Source: a virus
Taxonomy: Duplodnaviria > Caudoviricetes
Reading direction: 5' to 3' (one strand)
Virus record (IMG/VR): IMGVR_UViG_3300027785_000123
Span: 1-25,835 of that record
Length of the DNA: 25,835 bases
Shown here: positions 18,119 to 24,668 of the stretch, one piece after another
Layout: each line of letters begins with the position of its first letter
Position numbering within the stretch: position 1 is the first letter of the stretch
Program-made: the position numbers and the translations under genes
The notes under the pieces: generated by a model
The model's input: only the letters and a program-made list of their open reading frames with translations
Databases searched by the model: none
What the model was told of the DNA's origin: nothing

Positions 18119-18627
18119 AAGAGAATTTTGAGAAGGCACTGGCCGCGGTGTTGCACCATGAGGGCGGCTTCGTTAACCACCCGTCCGATCCTGGCGGCAT
18201 GACCAACCTGGGCTGCACCAAGAAAGTCTGGGAGGAATTCGTCGGCCATCCTGTAGACGAGAAGGCCATGCGCGCACTGACTCCGGCTGATGTCGGACCA
18301 CTGTACAAGCGCAGCTACTGGGACAAGGTGCATGGCGATGACCTACCCACTGGCGTTGACTATGTAGTGTTCGACGCGGCCATCAACAGTGGCCCAGGAC
18401 GGGCAGCAAAGTGGCTACAAGAGGTTGTTGGCGCTGCGGCTGATGGCGCTATCGGCAAGGGGACGCTTGCGGCTGTAGCGGCCCATGACCCGGCTGATAT
18501 CGTAGACATGTACCAGGCCAAGCGGCTCAAGTTCTTGCAGGCTCTGCCAACCTGGGCCACCTTTGGCAAAGGCTGGGGACGCAGGGTGGCAGAGGTTGAA
18601 AAAGCAGCGGAGTCTATGCTTGCATAG
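18115..18627 (+). CDS. Endolysin, glycoside hydrolase family 108 with C-terminal peptidoglycan-binding domain
   Basis: HEGGFVNHPSDPGGMTNLG catalytic signature; Y...YWD......LP.GVD..VFDAA.NSG; ADG.IG..TL; FGKGW.RRV. Confidence 0.95.
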   Translation: MKENFEKALAAVLHHEGGFVNHPSDPGGMTNLGCTKKVWEEFVGHPVDEKAMRALTPADVGPLYKRSYWDKVHGDDLPTGVDYVVFDAAINSGPGRAAKWLQEVVGAAADGAIGKGTLAAVAAHDPADIVDMYQAKRLKFLQALPTWATFGKGWGRRVAEVEKAAESMLA

Positions 18628-18799
18628 CTTTCTTAAATGCTATGCAGTACACATGCAAGTCCAGCGCATGCTCGATAAACAGATCAGCGCATTCTTCTAG
18701 GACTGCTACATCCTTGGCAAGTGCTGCCTCATAAGCGCGCCGCTCTACAGCCTTAATCTTGATGAGTGTCTCAGCGTAGTCCATCATATATTCAGTCAT
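18614..18799 (-). CDS. Hypothetical protein, 61 aa
   Basis: Start moved to ATG 18799 (ATGA overlap, AAGGA RBS): MTEYMMDYAETLIKIK...; last gene of the leftward operon, overlapping the endolysin end by 14 nt. Confidence 0.65.
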   Translation of the reverse strand: MTEYMMDYAETLIKIKAVERRAYEAALAKDVAVLEECADLFIEHALDLHVYCIAFKKAMQA

Positions 18800-18963
18800 A
18801 GCAGTCCTTTCGTAATGACAATGGCAAGCATGCCAAGCAACGCGGCAACGCATGCCCATGCAAAGCCAGTTACAAACCCAGCCTGGTAGGCTGCTTCTAT
18901 GTGCCGGTTAAGCAGCCCACCGATACTGTCAGGAGACAGGCTGCGAATGTAACTTGTATCCAT
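18796..18963 (-). CDS. Small membrane protein, 55 aa
   Basis: MDTSYIRS...AYQAGFVTGFAWACVAALLGMLAIVITKGLL with C-terminal TM; coupled to the next gene. Confidence 0.6.
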   Translation of the reverse strand: MDTSYIRSLSPDSIGGLLNRHIEAAYQAGFVTGFAWACVAALLGMLAIVITKGLL

Positions 18964-19168
18964 GATCTGTCTCTTTCTCCACCCTCTTGCGGCCAATTAG
19001 TTTACTCCGGTGATAGTTGAATAGACTGCCTTCATTGACGCACTTGCGACACCAGCTGGCTAGTGTCCCGTACTTGGTCTTGCGATAATCCGATGACGGC
19101 TTGATCTCTTTGCACATTGAGCAGCGCGCTGGCTGACCCGCTGGCCTTGTTGTCCGTGTCGTTTGCAA
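18929..19168 (-). CDS. Small zinc-binding protein (CxxC...CxxC)
   Basis: TTG start with GAGGTG RBS 5 nt upstream; CSMCKEIKP..DY......SWCRKC resembles the Zn ribbon found N-terminal to phage HNH/endonuclease VII domains. Confidence 0.6.
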   Translation of the reverse strand: MQTTRTTRPAGQPARCSMCKEIKPSSDYRKTKYGTLASWCRKCVNEGSLFNYHRSKLIGRKRVEKETDHGYKLHSQPVS

Positions 19169-19391
19169 TCTTCCACCTCATTTGCTTTACATTGGTTTTG
19201 CTGGACCAGTCGAGTACCATGCCGTTGCGCTTGATGACACCTTGCTTCGCCATAGATTGTAGGTAGTGTCCGACTTGCTCAGTAGGCTCATTCATCCTGG
19301 CTGCTATGTTGCTAGTGATCAGCGCCATATGATCAGCCTTGACTGACTGCATCGCTGAAATAACGGCATGAAATTTTTGGTTGTATTTCAT
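19032..19391 (-). CDS. Putative winged-HTH DNA-binding protein
   Basis: ITSNIAARMNEPTEQVGHYLQSMAKQGVIKR fits an HTH plus wing pattern. Confidence 0.55.
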   Translation of the reverse strand: MKYNQKFHAVISAMQSVKADHMALITSNIAARMNEPTEQVGHYLQSMAKQGVIKRNGMVLDWSSKTNVKQMRWKIANDTDNKASGSASALLNVQRDQAVIGLSQDQVRDTSQLVSQVRQ

Positions 19392-19616
19392 TCATTCCAC
19401 CTCTGGATTGCGCTGTGGGGCATATTTGTTTGCACCGTCATAAAATCCACTCAGGTAAGCAATGGTAAGGTCATCAGATTCTTGCTCCGGCTGTGCTAGT
19501 GCTTCGCGGATGGCTTTCATAGCGTTGCCAATTTTTTCAATCTCACGAACATGCAGCGGCGAACAAATACAGTCTAACGCCTCAAGCGCCAGATTTAGTG
19601 CTTCGTCTTTAGTCAT
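19392..19616 (-). CDS. Hypothetical phage protein, 74 aa
   Basis: MTKDEALNLALEAL...AIREALAQPEQE and DDLTIAYLSG motifs recall small accessory proteins of proteobacterial phages; ATGA coupling. Confidence 0.7.
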   Translation of the reverse strand: MTKDEALNLALEALDCICSPLHVREIEKIGNAMKAIREALAQPEQESDDLTIAYLSGFYDGANKYAPQRNPEVE

Positions 19617-20005
19617 GCTGCCCCCATGTTTTTTGTGACTACCATGTCGCGCAGATGCTCGGAATGGTTCATGCCACGCATTGCTTCTGTCAGCGCCTCA
19701 TGCTTCCAACCACTTGGCACAGTGCCGCTGGATTTCCTGATCAGCATCACGCCAGCGATTGTTGCAGCCACCTCTTCATCCAGCTTCCAGATTGTCTTCT
19801 GGCCTACGCAACCCCTGGTCCCTGGGATTATTCCAACCTTGATTACCAAGCCTTTGTCTTTGTAGCTGTGTAACCGGCCACCGATCATGCCATTCTCTCG
19901 GCGCGTCAGTCCTAACTCCACTCCAATTTCATCTGCTGTTGTTGGCTTGCCGATCTTTCGCATCGCATCTACAACCTCGACCACCTGCCTTGTCATCCGT
20001 ATCAT
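19613..20005 (-). CDS. Putative winged-HTH DNA-binding protein
   Basis: ATG 20005 after GAGGTG; PTTADEIGVELGL......IGGRLHSYKDKGLVIKVG. Confidence 0.6.
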   Translation of the reverse strand: MIRMTRQVVEVVDAMRKIGKPTTADEIGVELGLTRRENGMIGGRLHSYKDKGLVIKVGIIPGTRGCVGQKTIWKLDEEVAATIAGVMLIRKSSGTVPSGWKHEALTEAMRGMNHSEHLRDMVVTKNMGAA

Positions 20006-20022
20006 AGTCACCTCAAAAGGGT

Positions 20023-20090
20023 GGGGTACTCGCTGCGTCCGATCTGTCGCGTCATCGCAACGCTAACTTCCTCGGCATCCGCTTTCCCCC
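20023..20090 (-). ncRNA. Candidate structured RNA with a loop-E (GAA/AGUA) motif
   Basis: Minus strand: GGGG-GAAA-GC-GGAUG-CCGA...GUUGCG-AUGA-CGCGAC...UCGG-ACGCA-GC-GAGUA-CCCC. Nested helices fill the intergenic gap; a G-U pair indicates the minus strand. Confidence 0.6.
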
Positions 20091-20094
20091 TTGA

Positions 20095-20271
20095 TCAGTC
20101 GCAGCTGTCCTCGCGTGTCATGGTGCAAACCCAGACATCATCACCGTGCCGGTAACTGATAGTCCCGGTGCTTGTGCCGTAACCAGTGGACGGCCAGCGC
20201 TTGTGGTAGTGCGCGATGAGTTCTTCAATTTGCTCCAGCGTCAGCGCCTCAATCGTATATTTAACTTGCAT
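20095..20271 (-). CDS. Small hypothetical protein, 58 aa (not in ORF track)
   Basis: AAGGAGG RBS 6 nt upstream. Translation MQVKYTIEALTLEQIEELIAHYHKRWPSTGYGTSTGTISYRHGDDVWVCTMTREDSCD; overlaps the recT end. Confidence 0.8.
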   Translation of the reverse strand: MQVKYTIEALTLEQIEELIAHYHKRWPSTGYGTSTGTISYRHGDDVWVCTMTREDSCD

Positions 20272-21307
20272 CGCCAGCCTCCTTCATGGCCGCGCCCAGA
20301 GCAGCAAGGCGGTGGCTGTACGCCGCGCTTTGCATAGTCCTCTGCACCACCGGCATGGCCTTGAGCGTTTGCTCATTGGCCTCGCGCAACTCGCGCAGCT
20401 TGGTCATGCGATCCCGGTGCGGCGCTTTGCCAGCACGGGCAGTCCTCTCGGCCAGGTCTTCGTATGCCTTGATCCAGTCCAGCGACTCATCGAATTCATT
20501 GAGCGGCTCTTCCTTGCCGGGAACCATCAAACGATACATGCGCGGCGCTGCTTTCGGCAGTTCCTGCACTGTCTCTACCTCGACCACCTCAATGCCAGCC
20601 GCCTCAAACTCGGCCTTCAATTGCTCCGCAGTCTGCGCCACCTCTACCGGCTCGACTACCTGCTCCAGCATCTCGGCCGTGATTGTCTCAGCCGGGATGT
20701 TGTAGATCAACTCTGCTGGCGCTACCGGCGGCGCAATGGCATCCAGCGGATTGGCCTTGACCGGTGAGACATCGCGCTCTGATGGGTAGTCATGCGCTTC
20801 CTCGGCGGTGATCAGGCCCTTGAGTACATCAGGAAAGGCATCACGCAATGCGAAGCCACGGGCGCGCATCTGTAGCATGCGTTTGGGGTATGCCTGCCAC
20901 GGGCCTTGCTTGCCCCAGAGGCCAGCGCGCTTGGCATCCTCGACTGAAAACCTGGCGGTGACCGGCTGGCGGTTCTTGCGGTGGCAGGTGCAGACAGCCA
21001 CCGGATTGGCAGTGCCTTCGCCCTCGATGGTTTCCTCGATACCCTCGCAAACCGGACTGGCTTGGACCAGCGCCAGCGCTGCGTCACCGTAGACTGACGG
21101 CTTACCGTTGATCACCGCGATGTTTTGGAGAGCCTGCATGGGAGCCAGACCTAGTTCCATCCCCCATTGGACACAGACCAGAATGTCCTGGCTCTTGCCC
21201 TGGTACTGCTTCGGGACCAGGCTGGACGCTGCCAACTCTTCCGCGAACTGTCGGCACTCGGTGAATGTCTGGGGTGCGAACCCCTGGCGGGTAGTGATGT
21301 TGCTCAT
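20261..21307 (-). CDS. recT: RecT/Bet-like single-strand annealing protein
   Basis: S.LVPK.YQGK..D.......G.ELGL.PMQAL..I.VINGKP, EDAKRAGLWGK.GPW..YP.RML..RA..FALRDAFPDVL.GL...EEA.D; paired with a YqaJ exonuclease. Confidence 0.9.
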   Translation of the reverse strand: MSNITTRQGFAPQTFTECRQFAEELAASSLVPKQYQGKSQDILVCVQWGMELGLAPMQALQNIAVINGKPSVYGDAALALVQASPVCEGIEETIEGEGTANPVAVCTCHRKNRQPVTARFSVEDAKRAGLWGKQGPWQAYPKRMLQMRARGFALRDAFPDVLKGLITAEEAHDYPSERDVSPVKANPLDAIAPPVAPAELIYNIPAETITAEMLEQVVEPVEVAQTAEQLKAEFEAAGIEVVEVETVQELPKAAPRMYRLMVPGKEEPLNEFDESLDWIKAYEDLAERTARAGKAPHRDRMTKLRELREANEQTLKAMPVVQRTMQSAAYSHRLAALGAAMKEAGDAS

Positions 21308-22257
21308 TTGCGTTCCTTGATTGAGAGATTAGATTGCCGAATGGTGTACGCTTCCTTGGCCGGGGTGACCTTGGCTGGCTTCGCAGCGTAGCTACGCATG
21401 GGCCATGACACCTTCCAGTTTCCGATCACGCCCGTAGTGGCCGTCCCCATCAGCACCTTGAGATCGGCCTCGGCTTTGCTGCGGTCAGTCTCGGCCTGCA
21501 ATGCTGCGGCTTGTGCCACCCTGATTTTTTCCACCAGGTCCTCGGCCGTGGGCGGCAGCACTACCTCGATGTCCTCTGCCTCTGGGTACATCCGATCCGC
21601 ATCCTTGCTGCTGGACGGCGAATAGAAATCGATCTCGCCGGTAGCCTTCCAATTATCGAGCCGCCGCTGGAAATCCCTGACCTGTTCCACTATCCGGGTG
21701 ACCGTTCCGACATGCGGTGCGAACAGGAAGATGCGTAATTCAGTGCCGCCGTACAGCACACAGACCGCACCCCACTGCGCCTGGATGATATCCATCTGGC
21801 CTTGCAGTTGGATCGGGCCACGGTACAGCGCTGGCGTATCCTCCGGCCTGACGCTGGTCAACTTGGCTTCGATCACGCCAACGCCATGCAGGTTGATGCT
21901 GTCCTGGCCCACTACATAGATGCCTTTGTCGGGATCGGTGCGGATAACTTGACCGCCGCCCCAGCCAGTGCCGTCAAGCGAGCAACACAACGGGATTGCC
22001 GGGTGAAAGCAAGCCGTTGGATGGTCCAGTAGGACATTGCTGAGTTTCAGTCTGCGCGCTGCCTCGGACAGGATCAGCGGCTCGAGCGTGTTTCCCCAGG
22101 CCATTGCTTCGTTGCCAATGTCTGGCCGCTCCATGTCTTGCAAGGCGCGGATGCTGTATTGCAGTTCATCGTTGGGCGTGTTGTACTTGCTGTATCCCAT
22201 GAGTGACGGCAACCTGCTGGCCGACATCATGGTGTCCGGCGTAACTTTGCTGACCAT
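21304..22257 (-). CDS. YqaJ-like (lambda Exo-type) 5'-3' exonuclease
   Basis: SASRLPSLMGYSKYNTP, AMAWGNTLEP, SLDG, IEAK and QLQGQM form the PD-(D/E)xK YqaJ motifs; directly upstream of recT. Confidence 0.9.
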   Translation of the reverse strand: MVSKVTPDTMMSASRLPSLMGYSKYNTPNDELQYSIRALQDMERPDIGNEAMAWGNTLEPLILSEAARRLKLSNVLLDHPTACFHPAIPLCCSLDGTGWGGGQVIRTDPDKGIYVVGQDSINLHGVGVIEAKLTSVRPEDTPALYRGPIQLQGQMDIIQAQWGAVCVLYGGTELRIFLFAPHVGTVTRIVEQVRDFQRRLDNWKATGEIDFYSPSSSKDADRMYPEAEDIEVVLPPTAEDLVEKIRVAQAAALQAETDRSKAEADLKVLMGTATTGVIGNWKVSWPMRSYAAKPAKVTPAKEAYTIRQSNLSIKERK

Positions 22258-22478
22258 TATTTTTTCCCCTTCGGTTGCAAAACATAGCGCTTGACCTTCA
22301 CCTCACGCCCCGCCCGATCCTTGACCCTGATCCAGTAGTCGAGGATCAGATGCCCATCGCCCCGCAGTTCGTAGACTCGGCTTGCCAGCCTGGTTATGCC
22401 CAGGTCAACAAAAGCCTGCATGCTGGTGATACCCTTGCGTTTCTGAATATAAGTTAAGACTTCAAGTTTCTGACTCAT
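22257..22478 (-). CDS. Helix-turn-helix protein (HTH_39-like)
   Basis: ATG 22478 after GAGGTGG; SQK..VL.Y......ITSMQA....GITRLASRVYELR..GH.I. Confidence 0.8.
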   Translation of the reverse strand: MSQKLEVLTYIQKRKGITSMQAFVDLGITRLASRVYELRGDGHLILDYWIRVKDRAGREVKVKRYVLQPKGKK

Positions 22479-22485
22479 AGCCACC

Positions 22486-22731
22486 TCACCATTTTAGTTT
22501 TGGAAGACAGGTCACCTCGACCGGAGCCGGGATCACTTGCCCACTGATGCGCCGCTTGGCGCTTAAAACCACGGCCCGTTGCCCAGCGCTCTCGCATTCG
22601 TTGATGCCTGCGATGACCTCCGCTCGACTCATTGCCTGGATATCTTTCTCCACTTGCAGGTTGCTGACGGCCTCCTGCATGCTGCCGCAGCCGCCCAGGA
22701 TGATCGACAGAAACGCCAGCATGGTCTTCAT
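22486..22731 (-). CDS. Putative lipoprotein, 81 aa
   Basis: MKTMLAFLSIILGG-C signal peptide with lipobox; two further Cys in the mature part. Confidence 0.7.
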   Translation of the reverse strand: MKTMLAFLSIILGGCGSMQEAVSNLQVEKDIQAMSRAEVIAGINECESAGQRAVVLSAKRRISGQVIPAPVEVTCLPKLKW

Positions 22732-22997
22732 TGCGCCACCTGGATCAGTGTCTCGCCGTACTGCTGACGCGCGCGATTGAAGGTGACGGTTATGTCCGTG
22801 TTGCTGGCTTTCGTCGGCGTGAAGTGGCCGTCCAGAATGTACCGGTTACTCTCACGCAGGGTCTTGATGCACTCTGCACGAACCGAGTCATACCGCCGAG
22901 GATCAGTTGGCCTCCACGCCATGATGCACTCATGCGGCAGCATGATCGGCGGGTCATAGCCATCCATCAGCGAGAAGAAAATGTCCATCAGTTTCAT
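22728..22997 (-). CDS. Hypothetical protein, 89 aa
   Basis: GGAGG RBS; ATGA coupling to the lipoprotein gene; ASNTDITVTF.RAR motif. Confidence 0.65.
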   Translation of the reverse strand: MKLMDIFFSLMDGYDPPIMLPHECIMAWRPTDPRRYDSVRAECIKTLRESNRYILDGHFTPTKASNTDITVTFNRARQQYGETLIQVAQ

Positions 22998-22998
22998 G

Positions 22999-23064
22999 TC
23001 AGCCTCCGTAAATTAGAATGACCAGCAACATAAACACCAGATACCACGCGATGATCTCGCTCAC
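22999..23064 (-). CDS. 21-aa single-TM peptide (not in ORF track)
   Basis: GTG start overlaps the recombinase TGA, with GGGAGAG RBS; MSEIIAWYLVFMLLVILIYGG; fills the gap exactly. Confidence 0.55.
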   Translation of the reverse strand: MSEIIAWYLVFMLLVILIYGG

Positions 23065-23720
23065 CCGACTCTCCCTATCAACCGTTGAACCGCACTGGTA
23101 GACCACGACTTGCTGCCTGATGGCGTGGCAATGCCGCGCGCCATGAGTTCCTGTTGGATTTCTCGGATGGTGGTGAACCCTAACTGCCTAATCTCAGCGA
23201 GGACTGCGGCCAGCGGCTGGGCAGCGAGCAGTGCCTTAGACTTGGCGCGGCCACCAGTGATAGCGCCACCGCGTTCCGGGCAGGGGCAGCCAAGCTTCAC
23301 GCCACGCGCCTTCTTCATGGCGAGTGCTTCCTTGGTACGCTTGGAGATGATACGGCGCTCGAACTCGGCCACGCCAGCAATGATGGTCAGCATCAGCCTG
23401 CCAATCGGACCTTCGGTATCGATCTCTGGCAGGTCCAGGAACTTGACCTTCGCGCCCTCATCCACCAAGGTCAGGATCAGCTTGGCATCACGCGCCAGCC
23501 GGTCCAGCTTGGCTACGATCAGGGTTGCGCCAGTGCGCTTGCACTCGGCCAGCGCTGCCAGCAACTGGGGACGGCATGACTTGCCGCCGCTCTCAATCTC
23601 GGTGAACTCCGCAATCACAGTGCCGCCGTGCTGTTTGACTGCGGCCTGCTGCGCCTCAAGACCCAAGCCACTGTTACCCTGGCGGTCTGTGCTGACGCGA
23701 TAGTATGCGATGTATTCCAT
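23061..23720 (-). CDS. Small serine recombinase (resolvase/invertase catalytic domain plus short DNA-binding domain)
   Basis: AYYRVST (catalytic Ser), ESGG...RPQL, VAKLDRLAR, AEFERRIISKRTKEAL...K.RGVKLG; C-terminal REI..EL..RGI.TP.G...W....V.R; GAGGAG RBS. Confidence 0.95.
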   Translation of the reverse strand: MEYIAYYRVSTDRQGNSGLGLEAQQAAVKQHGGTVIAEFTEIESGGKSCRPQLLAALAECKRTGATLIVAKLDRLARDAKLILTLVDEGAKVKFLDLPEIDTEGPIGRLMLTIIAGVAEFERRIISKRTKEALAMKKARGVKLGCPCPERGGAITGGRAKSKALLAAQPLAAVLAEIRQLGFTTIREIQQELMARGIATPSGSKSWSTSAVQRLIGRVG

Positions 23721-23745
23721 GTCAACTCCTCAATCTGGGTGGTTG

Positions 23746-23766
23746 GGTATAGCGTTGCGCTACACC
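23746..23766. promoter_or_regulatory. Inverted repeat (operator, recombination site or 5' hairpin) upstream of the recombinase
   Basis: GGTATAGCG-TTG-CGCTACACC; 8 of 9 bp complementary (9 of 9 with G-U on the minus-strand RNA); starts at the predicted TSS. Confidence 0.5.
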
Positions 23767-23774
23767 ATGACCGG

Positions 23775-23803
23775 ACTCTAACCCACAGCAAACGGTCTGA
23801 CAA
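23775..23803 (-). promoter_or_regulatory. Sigma70-type promoter for the leftward operon
   Basis: Minus strand TTGTCA (23803-23798), 17-nt spacer, TAGAGT (23780-23775). Confidence 0.7.
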
Positions 23804-23895
23804 CAACTATCTTGCAGAATCTTGATCTTGGTCAAGTTTTTGGGGCTTTCGTCCGTTACCATTGGTCTATCAGGTAGCTATACAAAAGGACTCCC

Positions 23896-24075
23896 ATGCG
23901 ACAGAAAGTCTTCACCCTGCGACTGCGGCCAGAGAGCCGCGCCCTGCTGGACAAAGCCGCCGAGGATCAGCGCCGCTCCCGCGCCAGTATCATCGAGGAG
24001 TGCATCCGGCAGGCGCTCACGCCACGATACAGCGACACGCAGTCTAGGCTCAACCAGATGCTGGGTCAGAGATGA
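23896..24075 (+). CDS. Ribbon-helix-helix (Arc/CopG-like) regulator, 59 aa (not in ORF track)
   Basis: AAGGA RBS at 23886-23890. MRQKVFTLRLRPESRALLDKAAEDQRRSRASIIEECIRQAL...: alternating beta strand, helix, RS..SII helix; ATGA-coupled to the next gene. Confidence 0.85.
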   Translation: MRQKVFTLRLRPESRALLDKAAEDQRRSRASIIEECIRQALTPRYSDTQSRLNQMLGQR

Positions 24076-24668
24076 GGGTTTTGGTTGCATGCGAGTACAG
24101 CGGAGTGGTGCGTGATGCGTTCATCCAAGCTGGACACAATGCTATGTCATGCGACATCTTGCCGAGCGATGTTCCCGGACCGCATCATCAAGGTGATGTA
24201 GTTGCGATACTCAATGATGGCTGGGACATGATGATTGCTCACCCGCCCTGCACCTACCTATCCGTCAGCGGTATGCATTGGACAAAACGGGGGCTGCGTG
24301 ATCCAAAGTTAACAGAGGACGCTTTGGCTTTTGTAAAGCTTTTGCTAGAGGCTCCAATCAAACACATAGCATTGGAGAATCCTGTCAGCATCATCTCTAC
24401 GCAGATAAGAAAGCCAGATCAAATTATCCAGCCGTGGATGTTTGGGCATGACGCAAGTAAGGCCACCTGTTTGTGGTTAAAGAATTTGCCACTACTAACT
24501 CCAACTAAACACATAGAGGCGCGCATTGTGAACGGCAAACGGAGATGGGCAAATCAAACTGATAGCGGCCAGAACAAACTCGGTCCATCGACAGATCGAT
24601 GGAAAATCCGCAGCGCAACTTTCTCCGGTATAGCGGATGCAATGGCAACACAATGGGAATCATTATGA
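24072..24668 (+). CDS. Short DNA cytosine-C5 methyltransferase-like protein
   Basis: MRVLVACEYSG (degenerate motif I), SCDI, GDV, AHPPCTYL (catalytic PC), ALENPV (motif VI), QPWMFGH...KATCLW, RS.TF.GIA.AMA.QW. Confidence 0.75.
   Translation: MRVLVACEYSGVVRDAFIQAGHNAMSCDILPSDVPGPHHQGDVVAILNDGWDMMIAHPPCTYLSVSGMHWTKRGLRDPKLTEDALAFVKLLLEAPIKHIALENPVSIISTQIRKPDQIIQPWMFGHDASKATCLWLKNLPLLTPTKHIEARIVNGKRRWANQTDSGQNKLGPSTDRWKIRSATFSGIADAMATQWESL

Noticed and set aside
20023-20090. tRNA or simple intrinsic terminator
   Set aside because: No cloverleaf, T-loop or D-loop; the basal stem is interrupted and the U-run is short and offset. Kept as a candidate structured RNA instead.
23856-23884. Rightward promoter TTACCA-17-TATACA for the RHH gene
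   Set aside because: Weak match, and the TSS would fall at or after the AAGGA RBS; not supportable.
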